From NCBI GenBank assembly GCA_045647845.1, contig JAZRMV010000009.1:24489-88488 (forward strand): a DNA stretch of 64,000 nucleotides, written 5' to 3'. The stretch is from Faecousia sp. Lineage in GTDB: Bacteria > Bacillota > Clostridia > Oscillospirales > Oscillospiraceae. The notes beneath the pieces are model-generated. The model saw only the letters and a program-made list of their open reading frames with translations. It was not told where the DNA came from and did no database searches. Both the position numbers and the translations under genes were made by a program. This document shows, piece by piece, positions 18,148 to 27,433 of this stretch. Each line of letters opens with the position of its first letter. Position 1 is the first letter of the stretch.

Positions 18148-18684
18148 TTAGAATCTTCCGTAAGGATCGGGAAGCTTTTTCAGCTCGGCAAGCTCTGCAC
18201 CGTTGCGCTCAACGCTGATGGACGCGATCACCTGATTTTCAACAGGTCTGTCCTGCATACCGGTCTTTGTGGACGCAATGGCGTCAACCGTTTCCATGCC
18301 GGAAGTGACCTTGCCAAACGCGGCATATTGGCCGTCCAGATGGGGTGCCTTTTCGTGCATGATAAAGAATTGGCTGCCGGCAGAGTTGGGGGAGGAAGAA
18401 CGAGCCATACTCAGAACACCACGCTTGTGTTTCAGGTCGTTCTTTACACCATTGAAGAAGAACTCGCCCTTGATGCAGTAGCCGGGGCCGCCCATGCCGG
18501 TTCCGTCAGGGCAGCCGCCCTGGATCATGAAGCCGGGAATGACCCGGTGGAAGATCAGGCCGTCATAGTAATTGTGCTCGCATAGGTCAATAAAGTTTGC
18601 AACGCTCTGGGGCGCTTTCTCCGGATACAGCTCGCCTTCAATGACACCGCCGTTTTCCATGGTGATCTTAAATGTAGGATTCAT
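18148..18684 (-). CDS. ppiB: Cyclophilin-type peptidyl-prolyl isomerase
   Basis: FHRVIPGFMIQGG, LSMAR, GSQFFI and HLDGQYAAFG. Confidence 0.92.
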   Translation of the reverse strand: MNPTFKITMENGGVIEGELYPEKAPQSVANFIDLCEHNYYDGLIFHRVIPGFMIQGGCPDGTGMGGPGYCIKGEFFFNGVKNDLKHKRGVLSMARSSSPNSAGSQFFIMHEKAPHLDGQYAAFGKVTSGMETVDAIASTKTGMQDRPVENQVIASISVERNGAELAELKKLPDPYGRF

Positions 18685-18685
18685 A

Positions 18686-19147
18686 TTAGTACCTCTCTTT
18701 CATTGCGCGGTCGATTTGACGCTTCGCGTCCCGTTCTGCCGCAGATTGCCTTTTGTCATACAACTTCTTACCTTTGCACAAACCCACGCTGACCTTTACC
18801 AAGCTGCCCTTGAAATACACGGATAGGGGAATCAAGGAGTAGCCGTCTTGCTTGACTTTTCCGTAAAGGCGCATAATCTCCCGACGATGCATCAGCAGCC
18901 GTCTGGGGCGAATGGGATCACGGTTAAAGATATTGCCGTGATCATAGGGGGAAATGTGCATTTGATTGACCAGAAGTTCGCCGTTTTTGATGCCGCACCA
19001 AGCGTCTTTCAAGTTCAACTTGCCAGCTCGAATGGACTTGACTTCTGTGCCACATAATTCAATTCCGGCTTCGAATTGCTCTTCAATGAAGTATTCATGG
19101 CTGGCTTCTCGATTTCTGGCCATGATCTTGATGCCTTGTTTTTCCAA
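18686..19147 (-). CDS. smpB: SsrA-binding protein
   Basis: EAGIEL.GTEVKSIR, RRLLMHR and GKKLYDKR. Confidence 0.97.
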   Translation of the reverse strand: MEKQGIKIMARNREASHEYFIEEQFEAGIELCGTEVKSIRAGKLNLKDAWCGIKNGELLVNQMHISPYDHGNIFNRDPIRPRRLLMHRREIMRLYGKVKQDGYSLIPLSVYFKGSLVKVSVGLCKGKKLYDKRQSAAERDAKRQIDRAMKERY

Positions 19148-19207
19148 AAACGACTCACCTCCTTATAGGGTTTCTAGAATATTATAGCACCGTTGTCAAG
19201 GGATTTT

Positions 19208-19870
19208 TCAGTCGTTAAATAGGAAATGATAGAGCTTTTCCGGGGTTTCAAAGGCAAAGTCGCAAAGGTTTGTCATTTCCTCTGTGATTTCCGGAACACC
19301 CAATTCGCCCCAACCAGCATAAGCTACCGGAATGCCCAAAGGCGCTGCCATCATCCAGCCCAGTTTCATATCGTCGATCACCAGCAGCTGCTCCTTTGTC
19401 AGATGGTAACGCTCCATAATGTCCAGAATCGGGAAGGGCTGGGGTTTTCTTTGATCTTCCGGAAGATCCCAGCCGTATATGGCATCCGGCTTTACCGGGA
19501 AGTGAGCGGCGTAATCTCTTTCAATGTTTTCTACACTGGAATGGGAAACAACGCAGATCAATCCGCCTTCGCTTTTTTGTTTTTCCAGAATTTTCGATAT
19601 GCCGGGGTAGGGGTCGGGCGTGTTGGTACGAAGATAATTCATCCACAGTACATGCTCCGATGCGATCTCCTCGGGGGTAAATTGAAACCGTTTTCTGCAA
19701 AGCTCCGCAAAACCGATATGGTGGCAGTCGCTGACAAATTCCGCTAAGGTCATGGATCTACCCGGGCGGAAACGTTCAAGGACATAACAGAAAAACGGGT
19801 AGCTGAGAGTCTTCATGCTCTGCACCACGGTATCGTCATGGTCAAGGACAAGGCAAGGATATTTGAGCAT
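19208..19870 (-). CDS. HAD-family hydrolase
   Basis: DHDDT motif I, KP and IDD. Confidence 0.85.
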   Translation of the reverse strand: MLKYPCLVLDHDDTVVQSMKTLSYPFFCYVLERFRPGRSMTLAEFVSDCHHIGFAELCRKRFQFTPEEIASEHVLWMNYLRTNTPDPYPGISKILEKQKSEGGLICVVSHSSVENIERDYAAHFPVKPDAIYGWDLPEDQRKPQPFPILDIMERYHLTKEQLLVIDDMKLGWMMAAPLGIPVAYAGWGELGVPEITEEMTNLCDFAFETPEKLYHFLFND

Positions 19871-19934
19871 TTTTTCGCCTCCTTTTTAACCATTATACCA
19901 AAAGGCGGACGGATAGGCAACCGGAAAATTCCTC

Positions 19935-19963
19935 TTGCGGAAAGCGAACAAATGTGCTATAAT
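19935..19963 (+). promoter_or_regulatory. SigmaA promoter with a LexA (SOS) box in the spacer
   Basis: TTGCGG-N17-TATAAT; CGAACAAATGTGCT resembles the Bacillota box CGAAC-N4-GTTC. Confidence 0.7.
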
Positions 19964-19988
19964 AACTTTATGAGGAGGTGAGCAGCTG

Positions 19989-20255
19989 ATGGTACGGAAT
20001 CAACCTGTGGATGTAATATCGGTATGCAGCGCAGACGGGCAGATCCGTCCGTTGCGGCTGCGCATGGAAGATGAGGCCCATTGTTTGCTGCGGGTCGATA
20101 TCGATGAAGTGATCAGTATGAAGCCAATCCAGTTTGTGGGGATTGAGGCGCAAATCTTTCTGTGTCGGGCAACCGTTCAGGGCAAGCAGTGGCTTTTTGA
20201 ATTGAAATATACCATTCGCACCCATAATTGGTGCTTGCAAAGGCGGGTGTACTGA
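19989..20255 (+). CDS. Small dinB-associated hypothetical protein
   Basis: 88 aa, GGAGGTG RBS, stop codon abuts the dinB start. Confidence 0.8.
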   Translation: MVRNQPVDVISVCSADGQIRPLRLRMEDEAHCLLRVDIDEVISMKPIQFVGIEAQIFLCRATVQGKQWLFELKYTIRTHNWCLQRRVY

Positions 20256-21533
20256 ATGGCGCAGAGAGTGATTTTTCATGTGGATGCCAACTCGGCTTTT
20301 TTAAGTTGGACTGCGGTATACCGGTTGAAGGTGCTGGGAGAAAAGGAAGATCTTCGGGAAGTGCCGTCGGTGATTGCCGGTGATAAAGAGTCCCGCCACA
20401 GCATTATATTAGCCAAAAGCGTTCCGGCAAAAAAGTTTGGCATACAAACCGGAGAGCCACTGTTTCAAGCGTTGGAGAAATGTCCCGGATTGCGCATAGA
20501 AGCGCCGGATTACGCTCTTTATGTGGAAGCGTCACGGCATTTTGTGCAGGTGCTGCGGCAGTTTAGTCCCTATGTGGAGCAGTATTCCATCGATGAGGCG
20601 TGGGTGGACATGACCGGCACAGAGGGGCTCTGGGGCGCACCGCGTCTGGCTGCGGAAAAAATGCGGGAGACGATTTTGGAACAGTTGGGTTTTACGGTAA
20701 ATGTGGGAATTTCCAGCAATAAGCTTTTAGCAAAAATGGCCGGAGATTTTGAAAAGCCCAACAAGGTGCACACCTTGTTCCCGGAAGAGATCGAGGAAAA
20801 AATGTGGGTTTTGCCGGTGCGGGATTTGTTTTTGGTCGGAGCGGCAACGGAGAAAAAGCTGAATCGCCTGGGAATTTACACGATTGGCGATCTGGCAAAA
20901 GCAGATGAAGCTTTGATCAAAAAGCGATTGGGTAAGCACGGGCAGACGATCTGGCATTTTGCCAATGGGCGCGATGCCCAGATGGTCACACCGGAACCGG
21001 CAGAAAATAAAGGCTATGGAAACTCCGTGACCACAGCGCAGGATGTGCAGACCTCAGATCATGCCCATCAGGTGCTTTTGAGCTTGTGTGAAACGGTGGC
21101 CAGCCGGATGCGTAAAGACAATAAGTGCGGCAGCTGCATCGCTGTACATCTTCGCACCAATGAATTTCACCATTTTTCCCACCAAAAGACGCTGCACGGT
21201 GCGACCAATATCACCGGTGAAATTTTTGAGGCTGCCTGCCAGGTGTTTGATGAGGCTTGGGACGGGATTACGCCGCTGCGTCAGATGGGCGTACAGATGA
21301 CCAGGCTTTCCTCTGAACCGTATCAGCAGTTTGATTTTCTTTCCGGTGTGTCACCGGTGCAGTATGAAAAGAAATTACGGCTGGACGAGACGGTGGATTC
21401 GCTTCGGGATCGTTTTGGTGAGAATATTATTTGCCGCGCGAAGTTTGCAAAGGATCCGGAATCGCACATGACGGGAGGTCTGGATAAGGCACGGCGCACC
21501 GGTGTGACAAAACCGGTTCCCGATGAATTTTAG
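20256..21533 (+). CDS. dinB: Y-family DNA polymerase (Pol IV/UvrX-like)
   Basis: HVDANSAF, SIDEA, NKLLAKMA, and C-terminal QFDFL and DSLRDRFG. Confidence 0.9.
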   Translation: MAQRVIFHVDANSAFLSWTAVYRLKVLGEKEDLREVPSVIAGDKESRHSIILAKSVPAKKFGIQTGEPLFQALEKCPGLRIEAPDYALYVEASRHFVQVLRQFSPYVEQYSIDEAWVDMTGTEGLWGAPRLAAEKMRETILEQLGFTVNVGISSNKLLAKMAGDFEKPNKVHTLFPEEIEEKMWVLPVRDLFLVGAATEKKLNRLGIYTIGDLAKADEALIKKRLGKHGQTIWHFANGRDAQMVTPEPAENKGYGNSVTTAQDVQTSDHAHQVLLSLCETVASRMRKDNKCGSCIAVHLRTNEFHHFSHQKTLHGATNITGEIFEAACQVFDEAWDGITPLRQMGVQMTRLSSEPYQQFDFLSGVSPVQYEKKLRLDETVDSLRDRFGENIICRAKFAKDPESHMTGGLDKARRTGVTKPVPDEF

Positions 21534-21590
21534 GTGGATTTACCGCGGTTTGTGCGATATAATAGTTGCAGGTAATGTAAATGCGGAGGA

Positions 21591-22061
21591 ATGTATATGC
21601 CAATTGCTCGATTCTATCGGAATGACCCTAATGCGCCAAAACCCAATATGCCCGCCCATCTGGGGGCAAACGCCATCATTACATGCAATGGGAAATTGCT
21701 TCTGGAACGACGCAGGGATAGTGATATATGGGGTTTGATCGGCGGTGGTGTAAAGAAAACCGAAACAGAGCTGCAAGCGATCGTGCGGGAAGTGTATGAA
21801 GAACTGGGACTGCGGATCAGTGCGCATCAATTCCGAAAATTGCGGGTCTACGGAGAGCCGGGGCGTATTGCGGCCTTTCGAGATGGCAGCGTGTGGCGTA
21901 TGGTGATCGTGGTATTCGGATTGGAATTGGACACAGAACCCAATATGAAGATTAGCTCGGAATCCCGGGAATTGCGGTTTTTCACAAAGGAAGAATTGGA
22001 AAATTTACAGATTGCAGTCACCCATGAGGACATTGTGGACGAATTGTTTGTGAATATGTGA
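21591..22061 (+). CDS. NUDIX hydrolase
   Basis: GG-x5-E-x7-REVYEELG Nudix box. Confidence 0.9.
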   Translation: MYMPIARFYRNDPNAPKPNMPAHLGANAIITCNGKLLLERRRDSDIWGLIGGGVKKTETELQAIVREVYEELGLRISAHQFRKLRVYGEPGRIAAFRDGSVWRMVIVVFGLELDTEPNMKISSESRELRFFTKEELENLQIAVTHEDIVDELFVNM

Positions 22062-22121
22062 CGGAGAATCGGGATTTATTTTGCATAAACTTCGAAAATA
22101 TTGAATTTTTTGAAATAATAC

Positions 22122-22150
22122 TTGTATATTCATAAAAATCATGATAAAAT
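22122..22150 (+). promoter_or_regulatory. SigmaA promoter of ole-oapA
   Basis: TTGTAT-N17-TAAAAT with an extended TGn, a few nt before the OLE 5' stem. Confidence 0.7.
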
Positions 22151-22154
22151 GCAT

Positions 22155-22775
22155 AAAGACGGCGCAGTATCCTAGTCAGAATGTCCATCTTCCAGGAAGG
22201 GCCTAAAAATCCTTTGAAGGGCACATCGATGAAGTCCCTGGTGTCTGCTTTTTACGCCCAGTTTAGGGTGGATGCTGGGGGTTAAGGTTCTCGGGCGCGT
22301 TCCAATGGCATGGAGCTTACGACCCGATTACCGTGGAGACTTGAATTTTGTGCGACGAAGTTGAGAACTCCTTATTTGGGAAGCCTCTTCGCGTACGAAT
22401 CAGGTATGAACCTGCAAGGCGGTGCACAGAATCGTGTGCTGTGTGCAGTGTAGCCTGCCTTGAGTGAACATGCGGGGAAGGGAGAACAAGCATAATGGCT
22501 TTGTGGCCACATCGCTTTGTGCTATCGCTCCCGGAAACCATGCTTGCAAAAGAGGCTAAGACTATGGCGCATTCTGCCGTGGAAATCACCTAGGCTGTCA
22601 TTGCTGGGCAGACAGGGGATTACAGTACGGACTAAGTGGCAATCGGGTATTTATGTTGGCAACACATAGGCGGACAGATTAAATGGAAACGGCCTGCTCG
22701 GCAACGGCAGGTTCTGCCTGGGGAAAACCAACCCGACCTAAGCCGTAAGATTTATCCTGTCTGCTGCCGTCTTTT
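22155..22775 (+). ncRNA. ole: OLE (ornate, large, extremophilic) RNA
   Basis: OLE blocks in the expected order: CTAGTCAG, CTAAAAATCC, AAGGGCACATCGATGAAGT, CAATGGCATG, AACCTGCA, GTGCAGTGTAGCCTGCCTTGAGTG, TTGCAAAAGAGGCTAAG, GGACTAAGTGGCAAT, TGGCAACAC, GCCGTAAGATTTA. Ends pair (AAAGACGGC/GCCGTCTTT). Followed by oapA-dxs-tlyA-nadK-argR-recN. Confidence 0.95.
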
Positions 22776-22799
22776 TTTGCTTTATAAAGGAGAATTCCT

Positions 22800-23384
22800 G
22801 TGTCTAAATCAGTACCGGCTGCTCTGAAAAAAGAGCGAAGCAAGACGATTCGCTGGGTCGTCACCATTTTTATTGTTACCATGATCGTTTCCGGTAGTAT
22901 CACATTGGTATCGGATAAAATCATGTCCACCAGCGGCCTGATTGCTGCTTTTGTGGTGCTGTTTCTGATTATCTTTATCGGCGTGATCTTTGACGTGATC
23001 GGTATGGCAGTTGCTTCGGCAGATGAAAAACCGTTTCATTCTATGGCTGCCCGAAAAGTTCCCGGCTCTCAGGAAGCGCTGCTTCTTTTGAAGAATGCGG
23101 AAAGAGTCAGCTCCATTTGCAACGATGTGGTGGGCGCTATCTGTGGTGTCGTAGCCGGTTCTGCATCTGCCACTGTGGCAGCGCAGATCTTGCAGAATTT
23201 CGCCTTTACCGTGCCGCAGGTAGTAACGCTTCTGCTGTCCGCTGTGGTTGCAGGTCTGACTGTGGGCGGTAAGGCTGTTGGTAAGTTCTATGCCATCAAT
23301 TCCTGCACACAGATCGTGCATAATGTGGGAATGATCTTCTATTGGTTCCGTCATTTTTCTGATCTATTTCGCAAAAAGACTTAA
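22800..23384 (+). CDS. oapA: OLE-associated protein A
   Basis: 194-aa membrane protein directly after OLE with GVIFDVIG, ADEKPFHSMAA, CNDVVGAICG and LTVGGKA.GK. Confidence 0.92.
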   Translation: MSKSVPAALKKERSKTIRWVVTIFIVTMIVSGSITLVSDKIMSTSGLIAAFVVLFLIIFIGVIFDVIGMAVASADEKPFHSMAARKVPGSQEALLLLKNAERVSSICNDVVGAICGVVAGSASATVAAQILQNFAFTVPQVVTLLLSAVVAGLTVGGKAVGKFYAINSCTQIVHNVGMIFYWFRHFSDLFRKKT

Positions 23385-23397
23385 AAACAGATAGGTT

Positions 23398-25287
23398 GTG
23401 TCCGTTTTGTCCATTCTCGAACGAATTTATGGCCATGAGGAACTGGTCACTCTTCGTCCGGAAGAGCAACAAATCCTCTGCGATGAGATCCGGGCGTTTT
23501 TAATCGACCGGGTTTCCAAAACCGGCGGTCACCTTGCATCGAATTTGGGTGTTGTGGAGCTGACCGTAGCCATTGAAACGGTGTTTAATACGAATATTGA
23601 CCGTCTGGTTTTCGATGTCGGCCATCAGTCTTATGTCCATAAGCTGCTGACAGGACGCCAGGCGGATTTTGACCGTCTGCGCCAGTTTGGGGGCATTGCC
23701 GGTTTTCCGAAGCCGTCGGAGAGTGTGACGGACGCTTTTGTGGCAGGTCACGCATCCAGCTCCGTGTCCATTGCTCTGGGCATGGCAAGAGCCAGAACGC
23801 TGCAAAAGGAAAATTATCATGTGGTGGCTCTTTTGGGCGACGGTGCTGCAACCGGCGGCATGATCTATGAAGGACTGAATGATGCCTCTGAAAGCAAAGA
23901 ACCCATGGTCATCATTTTGAACGATAATGAAATGTCTATTGACCGCAATGTGGGGGGTATGGCGAAGCATCTTTCCCGGCTTCGCACTAAGGAGCGCTAT
24001 CTGGGCGCAAAGCGTCGTTACCGTCATTTTATGGACAAATTACCCGGCGGAAGCAGCATTTATCATGCTTCCAGTCATTTGAAGGAACGTTTGAAGTCCT
24101 TTATTTTGCCCGGCACATTGTTCGATAATATGGGTCTGAAATATTTGGGCCCGGTTGACGGCCACGATCTGCCGGAATTGATCCGGGTTCTGCGGGTAGC
24201 CAAATCTATTGGTGAGCCGGTGGTTGTCCATGTGCTGACAAAGAAGGGAAATGGCTTTAAGTTTGCGGAGGACGAGCCGTCTAAGTTCCATGGTGTTGGC
24301 TCTTTTGACCCAGATTCCGGTAAGGTTTCCACCAAATCTGCAACGGACTTTTCCGGTACATTTGGCAGGACAATGGTGGAATTGGCCGAAAAGCATACAA
24401 ACCTTTGCGCGATCACTGCGGCAATGCCCGCAGGTACCGGACTTTTGAAATTTAAGGAGTGTTATCCTAATCGGCTGTTTGATGTGGGTATTGCGGAAGA
24501 ACATGCGGTATCCATGGCAGGCGGACTGGCAAAGCAGGGTATGGTGCCGGTGGTTGCGTTGTATTCTACATTTTTGCAAAGAGCCTACGATCAGCTTTTG
24601 CAGGATATTGCTATGCAGAAGCTTCATGTGGTGTTTGCGGTGGATCGGGCCGGATTGGTGGGTGACGATGGTGAGACCCATCATGGCACATTCGATACCG
24701 GCTTTCTGCGACAAATTCCCGGAATGACGGTTCTTTGTCCCGCCAGCGAATTGGAATTGAGCCAGATGCTTCGCTGGGCGGTGGAAGATCACGATGGCCC
24801 GGTGGCGATCCGGTATCCAAGAGGCGCAGATCGGGGATATAGTGATTCCGCTTTTGAACCCGGTGCGGATCTGAGTCGTATGGGCGCGCTTACATGTCAT
24901 CGGCAAGGCTGTGATGTGGCGATCGTTACTTACGGTGCTTATGCAAATGAAGTGTTTGCTGCGGCAGATCAACTGGGAGAAAAGGGGATCGGTGCGTCTG
25001 TTTTGCGACTTCTTACCATTCAGCCGCTGCCCATCGCGCAGATCAAAAATGCGCTGGGGGCATGCAGACGTTTGATGATTGCAGAAGAAGCAATTTCCGG
25101 TTGTGGTATTGCTGATTCGTTAATTTCCGGGCTTGTCCGGTTACTGCCGGACTGCCGGTTTGATGTTGTAGACTTGGGTTGCGGTTTTGTGACCCATGGC
25201 AGCGTAAAGGAGCTTTACCGCCATTGCGCTGTGGATTCTCAATCCATCGTTCACCGTATTGAGGAGGTGATGCGCTGTGAAAATTAA
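23398..25287 (+). CDS. dxs: 1-deoxy-D-xylulose-5-phosphate synthase
   Basis: GGHLASNLG, DVGHQ, GDGA...NDNEM, GIAEEHA, RAYDQ, DRAG and IRYPRG. Confidence 0.97.
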   Translation: MSVLSILERIYGHEELVTLRPEEQQILCDEIRAFLIDRVSKTGGHLASNLGVVELTVAIETVFNTNIDRLVFDVGHQSYVHKLLTGRQADFDRLRQFGGIAGFPKPSESVTDAFVAGHASSSVSIALGMARARTLQKENYHVVALLGDGAATGGMIYEGLNDASESKEPMVIILNDNEMSIDRNVGGMAKHLSRLRTKERYLGAKRRYRHFMDKLPGGSSIYHASSHLKERLKSFILPGTLFDNMGLKYLGPVDGHDLPELIRVLRVAKSIGEPVVVHVLTKKGNGFKFAEDEPSKFHGVGSFDPDSGKVSTKSATDFSGTFGRTMVELAEKHTNLCAITAAMPAGTGLLKFKECYPNRLFDVGIAEEHAVSMAGGLAKQGMVPVVALYSTFLQRAYDQLLQDIAMQKLHVVFAVDRAGLVGDDGETHHGTFDTGFLRQIPGMTVLCPASELELSQMLRWAVEDHDGPVAIRYPRGADRGYSDSAFEPGADLSRMGALTCHRQGCDVAIVTYGAYANEVFAAADQLGEKGIGASVLRLLTIQPLPIAQIKNALGACRRLMIAEEAISGCGIADSLISGLVRLLPDCRFDVVDLGCGFVTHGSVKELYRHCAVDSQSIVHRIEEVMRCEN

Positions 25288-26083
25288 AAAGAGACTTGAT
25301 GTTCTGCTGACGGAGAGAAATCTGTGCGAGAGCCGAGCCAAGGCCCAGGCGGTCATCATGGCGGGGCAGGTTTATGTCGCCGGACAAAAGGCGGATAAGC
25401 CTGGTGTTTCCTACGAAGAAACTGTGGAAATCGAGGTCCGTGGAGAGACTTGTCCTTATGTGAGCCGGGGCGGCTTGAAATTGGAAAAGGCCCTACGAAG
25501 CTTTGGCGTGGACCCCACCGGCTTTGTTTGCAGTGATTCCGGTGCATCAACCGGTGGCTTTACCGATTGTTTGCTGCAACAAGGCGCGAAAAAGGTGTTT
25601 GCCATTGATGTTGGTTACGGCCAGCTGGATTGGAAGATTCGCTCTGATCCCCGTGTGGTAGTCATGGAGCGCACCAACGTGCGCTATGTGACTCCGGAGC
25701 AGTTGGGTGAGCCGCTGGATCTTTCTGTGGTAGATGTTAGCTTTATCTCATTAAGAATCGTATTGCCGACCATTAAGACCTTGCTCAAACCCGGCGCTGG
25801 TCAGGTTCTTTGCCTGATTAAACCCCAGTTTGAAGCAGGCAAGGAAAAAGTGGGCAAAAAAGGTGTGGTTCGTGATCCGGATACCCATAAAGAGGTTCTG
25901 GATGATTTTCTGGCATTGACCCGAGAGCTTGGATTTACGGTCTTGGGTCTGACTTTCTCTCCGGTGAAAGGCCCGGAGGGGAATATTGAATTTTTGGGGC
26001 ATTTGACCCTTGGAGATCAGCCCGGAATTACACCGGATACTGCCCAATTGGTTGCTGATGCTCATGAAACGTTAAAGGGGTGA
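25277..26083 (+). CDS. tlyA: TlyA-family rRNA 2'-O-methyltransferase
   Basis: S4 domain, YVSRGGLKL, GASTGGFTD, DVSFIS and KPQFE. Confidence 0.95.
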   Translation: MKIKKRLDVLLTERNLCESRAKAQAVIMAGQVYVAGQKADKPGVSYEETVEIEVRGETCPYVSRGGLKLEKALRSFGVDPTGFVCSDSGASTGGFTDCLLQQGAKKVFAIDVGYGQLDWKIRSDPRVVVMERTNVRYVTPEQLGEPLDLSVVDVSFISLRIVLPTIKTLLKPGAGQVLCLIKPQFEAGKEKVGKKGVVRDPDTHKEVLDDFLALTRELGFTVLGLTFSPVKGPEGNIEFLGHLTLGDQPGITPDTAQLVADAHETLKG

Positions 26084-26089
26084 GAACCG

Positions 26090-26956
26090 TTGAAAAATGT
26101 GATTTTAACACCGAATCCCTATCGGGATAAGGAATTTCAAACCGTTCGGGAGGCATATCGCATTCTTACCGAAGCGGGTGTGAATACGAAGATCTGCCTG
26201 CCTTTTGAGGTGGACAGTAATTTTCAGTTGCCCAAGGATCTGCGTTTTCACAGATTGGAGCGGGAATTGCCCAATGCGGAGCTGATCGTATGCTTTGGCG
26301 GCGACGGCACGATTTTGCATATGGCTAAGACCGCCACAAGAGCCGGAATTCACATTTTGGGCGTGAATATTGGTACTATGGGCTTTATGGCCGAATTGGA
26401 ATCGACGGAACTGGATCAGCTCAAACGGATCGCTACTGACGATTTCACGGTAGAGAGCCGCATGATGCTGGACGTGACCGTGCATCGGGACAGAGATATT
26501 ATCTTCCATGATATTTGTCTGAACGATGTGGCGATTACCAAGGGCGCGGCAGCAAGAGTGGTGCATCTGAATATTGCCTGCGACGGTGTGCAGGCGATGG
26601 AATGTAATGGTGACGGTGTGATCATCGCAACGCCTACCGGTTCTACTGCGTACAGCCTTTCTGCCGGTGGCCCCATTGTGGAACCCGGTGCACAGAATAT
26701 TTTGATCACACCGGTTTGCGCTCATGATATTGCCAGCCGCTGCATTGTGGCTTCCGATCGCCGTGTGATCACTGTGCAAATGACCAAAAATTCCCGTAGA
26801 AATGCGTTCTTGTCCGCTGATGGCGGCAAGGTTTTCCGTATGAATATGGGTGACGTGGCGACCATACGCAGATCCAAGCTGGAAACCAAACTGATCCGTA
26901 TGAAAGATCGCAGTTTTTATGATCTGATAAACTGTAAGTTCAAAAATGGCAATTGA
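26090..26956 (+). CDS. nadK: NAD kinase
   Basis: GGDGT, LND and TPTGSTAYSLSAGG. Confidence 0.96.
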   Translation: MKNVILTPNPYRDKEFQTVREAYRILTEAGVNTKICLPFEVDSNFQLPKDLRFHRLERELPNAELIVCFGGDGTILHMAKTATRAGIHILGVNIGTMGFMAELESTELDQLKRIATDDFTVESRMMLDVTVHRDRDIIFHDICLNDVAITKGAAARVVHLNIACDGVQAMECNGDGVIIATPTGSTAYSLSAGGPIVEPGAQNILITPVCAHDIASRCIVASDRRVITVQMTKNSRRNAFLSADGGKVFRMNMGDVATIRRSKLETKLIRMKDRSFYDLINCKFKNGN

Positions 26957-26965
26957 GGTGAAAAT

Positions 26966-27421
26966 ATGAAAAGTCAACGCCAAGCTAAAATTATGGAAAT
27001 TATCTCCAACCGGAGTGTAGAGACCCAGGAACAGCTCTTGTCAGAGCTGCAAAAAGCCGGCTTCCATAGCACCCAGGCAACCATCTCCCGGGACATCAAG
27101 GATCTGCGGATCGTGAAGGAATTGACCAGTTTCGGTACTTACAGATATACAGCAGCCACCGATGATGTAGCCGGCACATTCTCCAATAAATTGAACACGA
27201 TTTTCAGAGAGTGTATTACCGGCTATGATTATGCCCAGAACATCATCGTGATTCGTACGTTGCCCGGTCTCGCTTCTGCGGCTGCGTCTGCCATCGATGC
27301 CATGAATATGAGCGTCATCGTAGGCACACTGGCCGGTGATGATACTGTTTTTCTGGTTATGCGTGATAACAATGCCGCAGCTGCATTTTGCGGAGAGATC
27401 AAAAGCTTAATGAACGGTTAA
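26966..27421 (+). CDS. argR: Arginine repressor
   Basis: TQATISRDI and GTLAGDDT. Confidence 0.96.
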   Translation: MKSQRQAKIMEIISNRSVETQEQLLSELQKAGFHSTQATISRDIKDLRIVKELTSFGTYRYTAATDDVAGTFSNKLNTIFRECITGYDYAQNIIVIRTLPGLASAAASAIDAMNMSVIVGTLAGDDTVFLVMRDNNAAAAFCGEIKSLMNG

Positions 27422-27433
27422 CGGAGGCTCGCT

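Noticed and set aside
22317-22589. 90-aa ORF and other short ORFs inside 22160-22830
   Set aside because: They lie within OLE RNA and show no coding signature.
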